Origin: an uncultured Ohtaekwangia sp.
Lineage (GTDB): Bacteria > Bacteroidota > Bacteroidia > Cytophagales > Cyclobacteriaceae
Assembly (NCBI GenBank): GCA_964387475.1
Contig: CAYLWU010000017.1
Span: 17,464-81,463, forward strand
DNA: 64,000 nt
Direction: 5' to 3'
Part shown: positions 40,430 to 49,242 of the stretch, piece by piece
How positions within the stretch are numbered: position 1 is the stretch's first letter
How the letters are laid out: the number at the start of each line of letters is the position of its first letter
Notes under the pieces: generated by a model
Database searches by the model: none
What the model saw: the letters and a program-made list of their open reading frames with translations, nothing else
Told to the model about the DNA's origin: nothing
Made by a program: the position numbers and the translations under genes

Positions 40430-40609
40430 ATGAGTATGCTCGCTGAATCGCGGCCACGGTACGCGGCCAATGTTAAGTTTTTTGGTATTAACTATTTGAG
40501 GAACAGGAGCAAAGACCCTGTCTTTGTGTTAACTTTTACCTAGCAATTATGTAATGTTAGCGTAACACAATAGTTTTACTAGGAAGTTCTTTACATCCAA
40601 CTTCCTGAT

Positions 40610-40870
40610 ATGAATAAAAAAGTAGTCCATAAAAAATTAGTGGCGGCGTTGTCGGATACAATCAAGAAGCTTGGCTTGGCGAAGCGTACCAAAAAGATTG
40701 ACAAACTTATTGATCGGGCAGCCGGTAAGCTGGCAGCGCGCGTGGAGAGCGCACGGAAGAAGGAAGAAAAAAAACCCGGTAAAAAGACTCCGGTAAAAAA
40801 GAAATCCGCGAAAGCGAAAAAATCGACAAGCAAACGCTCGCCTGGCGCCGCCGGCCCAGTGGTTAATTAA
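40610..40870 (+). CDS. Small highly basic (histone H1-like) protein
   Basis: 86 aa, about one third Lys/Arg, with a KKP/KKT/KKS tail. Confidence 0.75.
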   Translation: MNKKVVHKKLVAALSDTIKKLGLAKRTKKIDKLIDRAAGKLAARVESARKKEEKKPGKKTPVKKKSAKAKKSTSKRSPGAAGPVVN

Positions 40871-40871
40871 C

Positions 40872-41366
40872 TTATTGAGTTTCTTGTCGCCTTTCTTTGA
40901 AAGCGAATTTTTTTGGCTCGTATTTTTTTGGTGCGTATAAAAATCCAAAAGCTTCGCAGCCGTCTTTCGAGTGCTTGGCATGATGGATATAGTGTGCATG
41001 AATCATCCGTTGCAAATACCGGCTCTTTTTTCCCGGTTTCCATTTAATACGCTGGTGTACAATGATGTCGTGAAATACCAGGTAAAATAGCCCGTAGCAG
41101 AGTATGCCCACGGCCACCGCAAAAAGGTAGGGGCTTGGGTAAACAGTGGTAGAGATCAGAAACAAGGCAATCGATGGAATGCTAAACACCACTGCAAACC
41201 AATCGTTCTTTTCGAGTGTGTGATCGTGCACCGTGTGGTGGGATTTGTGCCAGACCCAAAGAAATCCGTGCATTACGTATTTATGAGTAAACCAAGCCAC
41301 AAACTCCCAAGAGAGAAACGTACCAACCGCAATGAGGGAACAAATCCCAAGTGTGATCCAATCCAT
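40872..41366 (-). CDS. crtZ: Beta-carotene hydroxylase
   Basis: His boxes HKYVMHG, HKSHH, EKND, HDIIVHQR and HYIHH; FGFL. Confidence 0.93.
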   Translation of the reverse strand: MDWITLGICSLIAVGTFLSWEFVAWFTHKYVMHGFLWVWHKSHHTVHDHTLEKNDWFAVVFSIPSIALFLISTTVYPSPYLFAVAVGILCYGLFYLVFHDIIVHQRIKWKPGKKSRYLQRMIHAHYIHHAKHSKDGCEAFGFLYAPKKYEPKKFAFKERRQETQ

Positions 41367-41857
41367 TATGCTGTCTTCGCCAGGGGCGTTACTTTTTTAT
41401 CGCTGAAGAACTTTTCTAACACCGTAAACCGGTAGTCAAAAATACGATTTACCTCACGGCCTACAAAAACCCAATGCGCAAACCGGCCCAGAATGCCAAG
41501 CGGAATGGCGTAGTTCAACTCGTCGGTCATTTCAACGCCACCGGGTACTTCTTTAAAAATGTGCTGGTGGTGCCACAATGCGTAGGGGCCGAAGCGCTGT
41601 TCGTCTACAAAGTAGAACGGCTCTTTTACGTGCGTGATCTCGGTTACCCAATGCAGGGTAATGAAAGGTAGTATAGATACTTTGTAACGAATGATTTGGC
41701 CGGCATAGGTTTTTTCGCCTCCGGACGAATACAGAATTTTAAAGCCCATGTGCTCCGGCGTAATGCGCGAAAGATTGCGCGGTGTCGAAAAGAAATCCCA
41801 GGCTTCGGTGAGCGTGATGGGCAGCACTTGCGTGCGTTTTAGATGGTAAATTTTCAT
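41366..41857 (-). CDS. SRPBCC family protein
   Basis: WDFFS.PRNL..ITP, WVTEIT and FVDEQRFGPY..WHHQH motifs; start MKIYHLK. Confidence 0.9.
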   Translation of the reverse strand: MKIYHLKRTQVLPITLTEAWDFFSTPRNLSRITPEHMGFKILYSSGGEKTYAGQIIRYKVSILPFITLHWVTEITHVKEPFYFVDEQRFGPYALWHHQHIFKEVPGGVEMTDELNYAIPLGILGRFAHWVFVGREVNRIFDYRFTVLEKFFSDKKVTPLAKTA

Positions 41858-41886
41858 AGCTATTCTGTAAACAACCCGGTTGGCCT

Positions 41887-43338
41887 TTAGTTTGCGCTGG
41901 ATATCGCAATTTTCCGGGCCATAGCAGGAAAAATAAACCCGTGAAACGGAAGCACGCTGTACCAATACAAACGCCCCCAAACACCCAATGGCCGGAAGGT
42001 GGCTGTTTGTACGAGATAGGTTTTGTGCTCACGCGTTTGAATACGAAATTCAAGCCATGCTTCCCCGGGCAATTTCATTTCCGCAAAAAGCAGCAGGCGC
42101 CCCTCGTCTCGGTCTGCTACTAATACACGCCAGAAATCGAGTGCATCGCCGGTCTTGAGTTCGGTAGGATGACGCCTGCCCCGCCGCAGGCCAACACCAC
42201 CCACCAATTTGTCAACCAATCCGCGTAAGCGCCACAAGAAATTGCCCACGTACCAGCCATTTTCTCCGCCAATTTGCCACAAACGCTCCACTACACTTTC
42301 CTTTTGCGAAATGGGTACTTCCTGGCGGTCTACAAAAACACCGTACCGCGGCACTTCGGTTTTATCAAGAAAATTGTCGGCCATGGTGGAACGCGAGATG
42401 GCGTCTTTCCAACTGGAGACAATGTTTTTTTCTTTGATGCGATTAAACGCAACCTGTAGGGATTCTATGTACGACAGCCGGTTTACGGGCACAATTGCCT
42501 GTAGCCGGGCATCGCTACAAATTACCTCGTTGCGCAGGCTGTTCACCAACGCCCGTGCCAGCGAGTATGACGTGGAGGTAACAAACACAAGCCAGAGCGA
42601 AGAAAGCTTGGGTGTAAGCACGGGCACGGTGATGATCCATCTGCGTAAGCCACGCTCGCGGGCGAAGCCCTGCAGCATTTGTTTATACGTGAGCACATCC
42701 GTGCCACCGATGTCAAAACTTTGGCCGAGTGTTTCCGGGCGTCCAATCACACCCAACAGGTATTCAACCACGTTCCGAATGCTAATGGGCTGACAGCGCG
42801 TACTGAGCCAGCGCGGGGCTACCATTACCGGTAGCTTTTCAACCAGATCGCGAATGATTTCGAAAGACGCGCTGCCGCTGCCTATGATGATGGCAGCGCG
42901 GAGTACGGTAACCGGCACTGTTGCCGTTTGCAAGATTTGTTCCACCTGCCGGCGCGAAAGTAAATGATCGCTCAGGTCGGCATCGTTTACAATGCCGCTG
43001 AGGTAAATTACCTGGCGCGCGGTGCTTTGATTAATATAGGCAACGAAATTCCGCGCCGCAGCTGCCTCGGCTTCCATAAACTGATCATAGCTGGAACTCA
43101 TGGAATGCACCAGATAGTACGCGATGTCAATTTTCTTGGGTAACACAACGAGTGTTTCCAGTTTCTGGAGGTCGCAGGCGCACACGTTGATTTGGCGTAG
43201 TTCTGCTTCGCCAAAGTCGTCCCAATCAAATCTCCTTTGATCGCGTACCAAACAAACCACATGGTGCCCGGCCCGGATCAACTCGGGTAACAACCGGCGG
43301 CCAATGTAACCGGTTGATCCGGTGAGCAGAATGGTCAT
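41887..43338 (-). CDS. SDR/NAD(P)-binding oxidoreductase with DUF2867 (YbjT-like)
   Basis: TGSTGYIG, YYLVHSM, IIGSGSASFE, GDALDFWRV and AEMKLPGEAWL motifs. Confidence 0.9.
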   Translation of the reverse strand: MTILLTGSTGYIGRRLLPELIRAGHHVVCLVRDQRRFDWDDFGEAELRQINVCACDLQKLETLVVLPKKIDIAYYLVHSMSSSYDQFMEAEAAAARNFVAYINQSTARQVIYLSGIVNDADLSDHLLSRRQVEQILQTATVPVTVLRAAIIIGSGSASFEIIRDLVEKLPVMVAPRWLSTRCQPISIRNVVEYLLGVIGRPETLGQSFDIGGTDVLTYKQMLQGFARERGLRRWIITVPVLTPKLSSLWLVFVTSTSYSLARALVNSLRNEVICSDARLQAIVPVNRLSYIESLQVAFNRIKEKNIVSSWKDAISRSTMADNFLDKTEVPRYGVFVDRQEVPISQKESVVERLWQIGGENGWYVGNFLWRLRGLVDKLVGGVGLRRGRRHPTELKTGDALDFWRVLVADRDEGRLLLFAEMKLPGEAWLEFRIQTREHKTYLVQTATFRPLGVWGRLYWYSVLPFHGFIFPAMARKIAISSAN

Positions 43339-44675
43339 GCGGCTTTTGGCTTACCCACGGCTTGCTGATACACCTCAAGGGCACGTTGCCGTGCAAATGC
43401 ATGGTTAACGATGGGTAACGGGTATGCATTGCTTCCGAACTCAGGTACCCATTTTTTGATGTACGCCTGCTGCGGATCGAATTTTTCCGTTTGCAGCAGC
43501 GGATTGAATACGCGGAAATAGGGCGCGGCATCGCAGCCTGAACCTGCGGCCCATTGCCAGCCACCATTGTTTGCAGCCAAATCAAAATCCAGCAGTTTTT
43601 TTGCAAAATAGGCTTCGCCCCACCGCCAGTCGATGAGTAAATGCTTGGTAAGAAAACTGGCTACAATCATCCGCACACGGTTATGCATAAAGCCGGTGGT
43701 GTTTAATTCGCGCATACCGGCGTCTACAATTGGGTAACCGGTTTTACCTTCACACCATGCGGCAAACTCGCCGGGATCATTGCGCCACGCAATGCGGTCG
43801 TACGCGGGTTTAAAGGCACGTTCGTGAATGTGCGGAAAATGCCACAAGATCATGTGGTAGAAGTCGCGCCAAATCAGCTCGTTCAGCCACGTTTCGTTTT
43901 TGGTTTGTGCCAGTTGTGCCAGCTTACGAATGCTTACGGTGCCAAAGCGTAAGTGCACGGAGAGTCGTGTTGTGCCGGCAACGGCCGGAAAGTTTCGCTG
44001 CTGGTGGTAGTGTTCAATTACACTTTGTTTTATGGCACGTGGCGGAAATTCAATACCAGACGGTGCGAAACCCAATTGGGTGAGGGTGGGTAGTGGCCAT
44101 GGCTTCGTTTTTTTGAAACGATCGGTAAACCGTTTGGTATCCCATGGCTTCAGTTGCTCAGCGGTGATTGTATTTTTCCATTTGCGGCTATACGGGGTAA
44201 ACACGGTGTAGGGCCCGCCATCTTCCTTTACCACCTCGGATTTTTCGAGAATCACAGTATCCTTATACGTGTGGAAGGGAATTCCGCGCGCGGCCAACGC
44301 GTTTGCTACCCGTTCATCGCGGGTGCGGGCATAGGGCTCGTAATCATGGTTTGTAAAAACAGCCTTCGGGGTTACTTGGTTGAAGAAATCGACAGGATTG
44401 CCATGAATCACCAGCAAACTGCTACCGTGTTTTTCCAGCTCCTGCTGCATAACGTTAAGCGAGGCCAGAATAAACTCTACGCGTGCGTCTGCCCGGTCGT
44501 CCAGCAAATCAAGAATTGCGGTGTCGAAAATAAAGATGGGCTGCACGTTGCCGGCATCTTTAAGTGCGTGATAGAGCCCCGCGTTGTCTTCCAAACGCAA
44601 GTCGCGCCTGAACCAAAACAGCGTGGTGGTTGAGTCTATGAGGCGGTCAGGATTTTTTTGCTCGAAGCGCTTCAA
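43335..44675 (-). CDS. phrB: Deoxyribodipyrimidine (CPD) photolyase; start uncertain (TTG 44675 or ATA 44639)
   Basis: WFRRDLRLEDN, LSVHLRFG, ELIWRDF, GKTGYPIVDA, HNRVRM and NNGGWQW motifs. Confidence 0.93.
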   Translation of the reverse strand: MKRFEQKNPDRLIDSTTTLFWFRRDLRLEDNAGLYHALKDAGNVQPIFIFDTAILDLLDDRADARVEFILASLNVMQQELEKHGSSLLVIHGNPVDFFNQVTPKAVFTNHDYEPYARTRDERVANALAARGIPFHTYKDTVILEKSEVVKEDGGPYTVFTPYSRKWKNTITAEQLKPWDTKRFTDRFKKTKPWPLPTLTQLGFAPSGIEFPPRAIKQSVIEHYHQQRNFPAVAGTTRLSVHLRFGTVSIRKLAQLAQTKNETWLNELIWRDFYHMILWHFPHIHERAFKPAYDRIAWRNDPGEFAAWCEGKTGYPIVDAGMRELNTTGFMHNRVRMIVASFLTKHLLIDWRWGEAYFAKKLLDFDLAANNGGWQWAAGSGCDAAPYFRVFNPLLQTEKFDPQQAYIKKWVPEFGSNAYPLPIVNHAFARQRALEVYQQAVGKPKAA

Positions 44676-44823
44676 TTTCTTTTTCCAGTTTATCGATGGC
44701 TTCCATTTTTACAGCGTACAACTTGAGATCGCCAGAACGTTGCACATGCATGGCTTCTTCCAACAGCTTTTTGCGTTGGGATTCCATTTTTTTTATCGGA
44801 TCGGATTGTAAGAAAGAGAACAT
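44647..44823 (-). CDS. Small protein, 58 aa, DUF6435/Lacal_2735-like
   Basis: Hand translation MFSFLQSDPIKKMESQRKKLLEEAMHVQRSGDLKLYAVKMEAIDKLEKEIEALRAKKS; fills the idi-phrB gap; family recalled from the motif. Confidence 0.8.
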   Translation of the reverse strand: MFSFLQSDPIKKMESQRKKLLEEAMHVQRSGDLKLYAVKMEAIDKLEKEIEALRAKKS

Positions 44824-44854
44824 GCCAAAATAACAACCGGCATGGCGCAGATGT

Positions 44855-45379
44855 TCAAGCTACCGCTTGCAGAACGCGGGGGAATTCCGGCTGACGCAGT
44901 AAAATTTTAAACCATGCGGTGTACTGTTCCGGAAACCTGTTAATGTCGTTTACCAGATCTTCGATGCGCATCCATTTCCAGTCTTCGGCTTCGTCTGGGT
45001 TTAAAACGGGTTCGCCTTCAAAAACATCAAAAAGCACATAGTCCAACTCGTGCTCGTGTAGTCCATTTTCGAAGGTGGCCTGATAGATAAACGAGAAGGC
45101 AACCCGGGGTTTGGCCACAATCCCCATCTCCTGAAACAGTTTGCGTTGCGCGGCCTGAACAACATCTTCGTTGGGCAGTGGGTGGCTGCAGCAGGTGTTG
45201 GTCCAAAGACCGCCGCTGTGGTACTTTGTTTGCGCTCGCTTCTGCAAGAGCAGTTCGCCTTTGGTATTAAAAAGCAACACAGAAAAAGCCCGGTGCAGCA
45301 CACCTCTTTTATGCGCTTCCATTTTCTCCATGGTGCCCACGGGTTGGTCGTGCTCGTTTACCAACACCACGTGCTCCAT
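44855..45379 (-). CDS. idi: Isopentenyl-diphosphate delta-isomerase type 1
   Basis: HRAFS, WTNTCCSHP, EHE and YTAWF motifs. Confidence 0.96.
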   Translation of the reverse strand: MEHVVLVNEHDQPVGTMEKMEAHKRGVLHRAFSVLLFNTKGELLLQKRAQTKYHSGGLWTNTCCSHPLPNEDVVQAAQRKLFQEMGIVAKPRVAFSFIYQATFENGLHEHELDYVLFDVFEGEPVLNPDEAEDWKWMRIEDLVNDINRFPEQYTAWFKILLRQPEFPRVLQAVA

Positions 45380-46221
45380 CAGATCAAATTCAGGCGGTGT
45401 TTTACAAAAGAGTATGCCAAAATAGAGAGCTTATGGCGATTGCGAATCCGAATTCTGCTTTTCATGACATGCTCCGAGGGCGTATTGCGGATTTTATTGA
45501 AAAGCGCGCGGTAATACACATAGGCAATATACACCCCGAAACGTGCCGATCGGGGCAATTGCTTGATGCCTTCGTATCCTTTATCGAAGTCAGCTTCAAT
45601 GTCGGCCTCAATGAGTTTTTTGTTTTGCTCATTAAACTCGCGCAAAGACAACCCCGGAAAATAGGTGCGCCCCATGCCCTGAAAATCGGCATTGAGGTCG
45701 CGGAGAAAGTTAATCTTTTGAAAGGCAGCACCCAGCTTCATGGCAAACGGCTTCAGGCGCTGGTACTCCTGTTCATCGCCCTTACAAAACACGCGCAAAC
45801 ACATTAGGCCCACTACTTCCGCAGAGCCCAGAATGTATTCTTCGTAGCCGTGCTGGTCGTAATGCACCTCGGTGAGATCCATTTCCATGGATTTGAAAAA
45901 CTGATCGATCAGCGGGCGCTCAATATTGAAATCGTTTACTGTTTTTTGAAAGCTGTTGAGAATAGGGTTCAGGCTGATTTTTTCTTCAATGGCCTGGTAG
46001 GTGTCTCGAATGAAACGATCGAGCAACTCGCGTTTGTTAAAATCATGAAACGTATCAACGATTTCGTCTGCAAAACGCACAAATCCATAAATCGCATAAA
46101 TCGGATCGCGCATGTTTGCCTCCAGGCATCGAATGCCCAGCGAAAACGAGGTGCTGTAGCTGTGGGTGGTTAGCCGACTGGTGCGGATGGAAACTCTATC
46201 GAATAGTTTCTTTTGGGTCAT
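45379..46221 (-). CDS. crtB: Phytoene synthase
   Basis: YSTSFS, RFADEIVD, SAEVVG and NFLRD motifs. Confidence 0.96.
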   Translation of the reverse strand: MTQKKLFDRVSIRTSRLTTHSYSTSFSLGIRCLEANMRDPIYAIYGFVRFADEIVDTFHDFNKRELLDRFIRDTYQAIEEKISLNPILNSFQKTVNDFNIERPLIDQFFKSMEMDLTEVHYDQHGYEEYILGSAEVVGLMCLRVFCKGDEQEYQRLKPFAMKLGAAFQKINFLRDLNADFQGMGRTYFPGLSLREFNEQNKKLIEADIEADFDKGYEGIKQLPRSARFGVYIAYVYYRALFNKIRNTPSEHVMKSRIRIRNRHKLSILAYSFVKHRLNLI

Positions 46222-46241
46222 GTGGGTAAGTTAGCGAATTA

Positions 46242-47726
46242 TCAGCGAACCTCCGCAGCCTGTGCTTGCTTCCACACCTGCTCGCCTACCACTTGACCTG
46301 AAATAAGCGAGGGGGGCACACCCGGACCCGGAACTGTAAGCTGACCCGTATAGAACAGGTTCTTTACCTTTTTGTTTAACATTCCGGGCTTTAGGTTGGC
46401 GGTTTGTAAGATGGTGTTCGCCAGACCATACGCGTTGCCTTTAAACGCGTGATAATCGCCAATGAAATCGTTATGCGCATAGCTGCGCTTATAGACTACG
46501 TGGTCGCGGATGGAATCGCCCGTGAGTTGTTCCAGGCGATTCATCACTAACTCGTAGTATTGATCGCGCACGTTGGGTTCGTCTTTCAAACCCGGGGCAA
46601 CCGGTATCAGGATGAAAATATTTTCGTGCCCGGCCGGAGCCACTGTTGGGTCGGTCTTTGACGTGGCACACACGTAGAACAACGGGTTTTCCGGCCACGC
46701 CGGTTTTTCATAAATCTCGTCTGCGTGGCGCGCAAAATCCTGATCGAAAAACAGGTTATGGTGCAGCAAGCCCTTCACGGGTTTATTTACACCCAGGTAG
46801 TAAATCAGGCTGGAGGGAGCCATCACCCGGCTTTGCCAATATGCTTCGGAGTAACGTCTGTGTTCTGCGGGTAGCAAGTGCTGTTCTACGTGGTGGTAAT
46901 CGGCAGCGGCAACCACAAAGTCGAACGCCTCTGCGCGGCCATTCACCCACACGTGCTCAATGCGGCCGTGGGTAACCGGAAGTTGCTCTACCGCACTGTT
47001 GTATTGAAACACTACGCCCTTTTCTTCCGCCAGGCGCACCATGCCTTTTACAATTTCATGCATTCCCCCTTTGGGATACCACGTGCCCAGCGCCATATCG
47101 GCATAGTTCATCAAGCTGTAAAGTGCCGGAGTTTTGGCAGGCGCGGCGCCCAGAAAAAGCACCGGGAACTCCAATAGTTGGATGAGTTGGGGGTTGCGAA
47201 AATACTTCCGCACGTACGCACTGATCGATTGAAATACGTGCAGCCGTAAAGCGCCTGTGATCAGTTTCCAATCGAGTAATTCCGTAACGGATAACCCGGG
47301 CTTATACACGAGTTCGTTAATGCCAACTTCGTATTTGTATTTACCCTCTTCTAAAAATTGCTTCAACCTTGCACCGCTGCCGGGCTCAATCTTTTCGAAA
47401 AAAGCTTCCAGCGCGTTTTCGCCCGCGGGCACGTCCCACACGGTATTTTTTGAATAGTAGATGCGGTAGGAGGGATCGAGCCGTTGCAGTTCGTAGTAGT
47501 CGCGCGTGGATTTTCCAAACCGGTTGAAATACCGCTCGAATACATCGGGCATCCAATACCAACTGGGCCCCATATCAAAAAGAAAACCGTTTTCTTCGAA
47601 TTTCCGTGCCCGCCCTCCGGGAGACGAATTTTTCTCGAAAACGGTTACCTTAAAACCTTTGTCTGCCAAGGTGGTGGCAGCGGCCAATCCGGAAAAACCA
47701 GATCCAATTACAGCAACTTTTTTCAT
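46242..47726 (-). CDS. crtI: Phytoene desaturase
   Basis: IGSGFSGL, FDMGPSW, YPKGG and GQLTVPGPGVP motifs; TACCTTTG -7 box at 47744-47751. Confidence 0.95.
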   Translation of the reverse strand: MKKVAVIGSGFSGLAAATTLADKGFKVTVFEKNSSPGGRARKFEENGFLFDMGPSWYWMPDVFERYFNRFGKSTRDYYELQRLDPSYRIYYSKNTVWDVPAGENALEAFFEKIEPGSGARLKQFLEEGKYKYEVGINELVYKPGLSVTELLDWKLITGALRLHVFQSISAYVRKYFRNPQLIQLLEFPVLFLGAAPAKTPALYSLMNYADMALGTWYPKGGMHEIVKGMVRLAEEKGVVFQYNSAVEQLPVTHGRIEHVWVNGRAEAFDFVVAAADYHHVEQHLLPAEHRRYSEAYWQSRVMAPSSLIYYLGVNKPVKGLLHHNLFFDQDFARHADEIYEKPAWPENPLFYVCATSKTDPTVAPAGHENIFILIPVAPGLKDEPNVRDQYYELVMNRLEQLTGDSIRDHVVYKRSYAHNDFIGDYHAFKGNAYGLANTILQTANLKPGMLNKKVKNLFYTGQLTVPGPGVPPSLISGQVVGEQVWKQAQAAEVR

Positions 47727-47753
47727 CCAGCGGAAATCAGTTGCAAAGGTACA

Positions 47754-48257
47754 CTATTCGTACCCTTGCAGTTTCTTTTGAATCTCTTTTCGCGCGTGGA
47801 AAATGCGGTTTTTTACGGTGCCGATGGGTATGTTGAGGTGCTCTGCAATTTCGTGATACTTGTACCCTGTTGTGTGCATCTTGAAAGGTACGAGTAGCTC
47901 GTCCTTAATGTCGTTTACATTTTTCCACACCTCTTTAAATTCTACGCTGCCTTCCGGGCGGTTGAAGGTGTGGGTGTCTTCTACGTTGAGGTAGTATAAC
48001 TCTTTCGTATCATCGTGCGATGTCTTTGCACGCTGCGCTTTGCGGTAGTTGTTGATGTACGTGTTGCGCATGATCGTAAAAAGCCATCCTTTAAGGTTTG
48101 TGTCTTCGCGAAATTTATCGCGGTACGTAAGCGCTTTTAAGATCGTGTCTTGTACGAGGTCTTGAGACTCTTCGCGATCGGAAGTGAATCTACGAGTAAA
48201 CGAGCGCAACGTAGGCCGTAACGTTGCAATCTGGTGGCTGAATTCGAGGGCTGTCAT
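47754..48257 (-). CDS. ECF RNA polymerase sigma factor
   Basis: DLVQDT, LKGWLFTIMRN and YHEIAEHLNIPIGTVKNRIFHAR motifs; start MTALEF. Confidence 0.95.
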   Translation of the reverse strand: MTALEFSHQIATLRPTLRSFTRRFTSDREESQDLVQDTILKALTYRDKFREDTNLKGWLFTIMRNTYINNYRKAQRAKTSHDDTKELYYLNVEDTHTFNRPEGSVEFKEVWKNVNDIKDELLVPFKMHTTGYKYHEIAEHLNIPIGTVKNRIFHARKEIQKKLQGYE

Positions 48258-48258
48258 A

Positions 48259-48354
48259 TTGTTCAACGTTTGCTTTTAAATGTTGAACAAATGTAGCTAT
48301 CCTATTTTGGTGCGCAAGTTTTTTGTCTAATTTTTTTTACGCGATGTTAAACAA
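48259..48354. promoter_or_regulatory. ECF-gene promoter flanked by two inverted-repeat operators
   Basis: TTGTTCAA-N16-TTGAACAA (48259-48290) and TTGTCTAA-N16-TTAAACAA (48323-48354); minus-strand TACATTTG -7 box (48288-48295) with CTTG 19 nt upstream. Confidence 0.7.
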
Positions 48355-48360
48355 AAAATT

Positions 48361-49242
48361 CTACTTCAAATTCTTGAGCATCTCTTTGAGATTCAATGCG
48401 TTATCAAAAATGTGGAAATTGCCGGGAATCTTGATTGCGATCTTTCGGATGGCTGCGCCCGACGCCAGAATTTGCGTCTGGGGGAAATCTACGGACAAGT
48501 TATTGATGTAACTCTGCATCGCTTGTGGAGCCGGTACCGAAGTCATGGACGTGATGAGCACTTTTGGCTTGTGAATAGCAAAAACCTCTTTCAAATCATT
48601 GTACGGCACGGTTTGCCCAAGATAATATGTGCGGAAGCCTTCTCTTTTTGTGATGTAGTGAAAAAACAGCAATCCCAGTTCGTGCAATTCACCTTCGGGC
48701 AAATAAAGTACCACGCGTGAAGCCGTTTTCGGGGCCATCGGCACTCCATCAATCGCCACAATCATTTTGTTGCGGATGAGGTGTGTAATAAAGTGTTCTT
48801 GCGCAGGGTTAATGTTACCGGTTTGCCAGAGCACGCCAATCTTTTCCAGAAACGGATAGATAATGTTGGTGATGGTCTTTTCGAATCCAAACTTCGCGGT
48901 GAGTTTCGCCAGCAGCGCCTCGAACTGCTCCTCATCCAGGTCGATCATGGCAATCACCATTTGATCGATGAAAATATCAACTTCGGATTTCGTCTCCGTA
49001 AGTTCGGCTACTTTTTTCCGGATGTCTTCGTATGTGAGGTTCGCAATCTTCGAAATCTTCACCCCGTGGTTATTCAGCAGCGATACATTGATCAGCTTCT
49101 TTAAATCTTCATCTGAATAGAAGCGGATGTTGGTGTCGGTTCGGGCGGGGTCGATTAACTTGTGGCGCTTTTCCCAAATCCGAATGGTATGTGCTTTAAT
49201 GCCACTCAGGCGCTCGAGTTCTTTAATCGAATATTTTCCCAT
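48361..49242 (-). CDS. MerR-family B12-binding photoreceptor/repressor (CarH/LitR type)
   Basis: MerR HTH (YSIKELERLSGIKAHTIRIWEKR); W-x9-EH (WQTGNINPAQEH); ExHxxG (ELHELG); YYLG. Confidence 0.92.
   Translation of the reverse strand: MGKYSIKELERLSGIKAHTIRIWEKRHKLIDPARTDTNIRFYSDEDLKKLINVSLLNNHGVKISKIANLTYEDIRKKVAELTETKSEVDIFIDQMVIAMIDLDEEQFEALLAKLTAKFGFEKTITNIIYPFLEKIGVLWQTGNINPAQEHFITHLIRNKMIVAIDGVPMAPKTASRVVLYLPEGELHELGLLFFHYITKREGFRTYYLGQTVPYNDLKEVFAIHKPKVLITSMTSVPAPQAMQSYINNLSVDFPQTQILASGAAIRKIAIKIPGNFHIFDNALNLKEMLKNLK

Noticed and set aside
40376..40435. CTGATGA followed by a hairpin, suggesting a hammerhead ribozyme
   Set aside because: No GAAA after stem II and no stems I/III; a terminator-like hairpin explains it better
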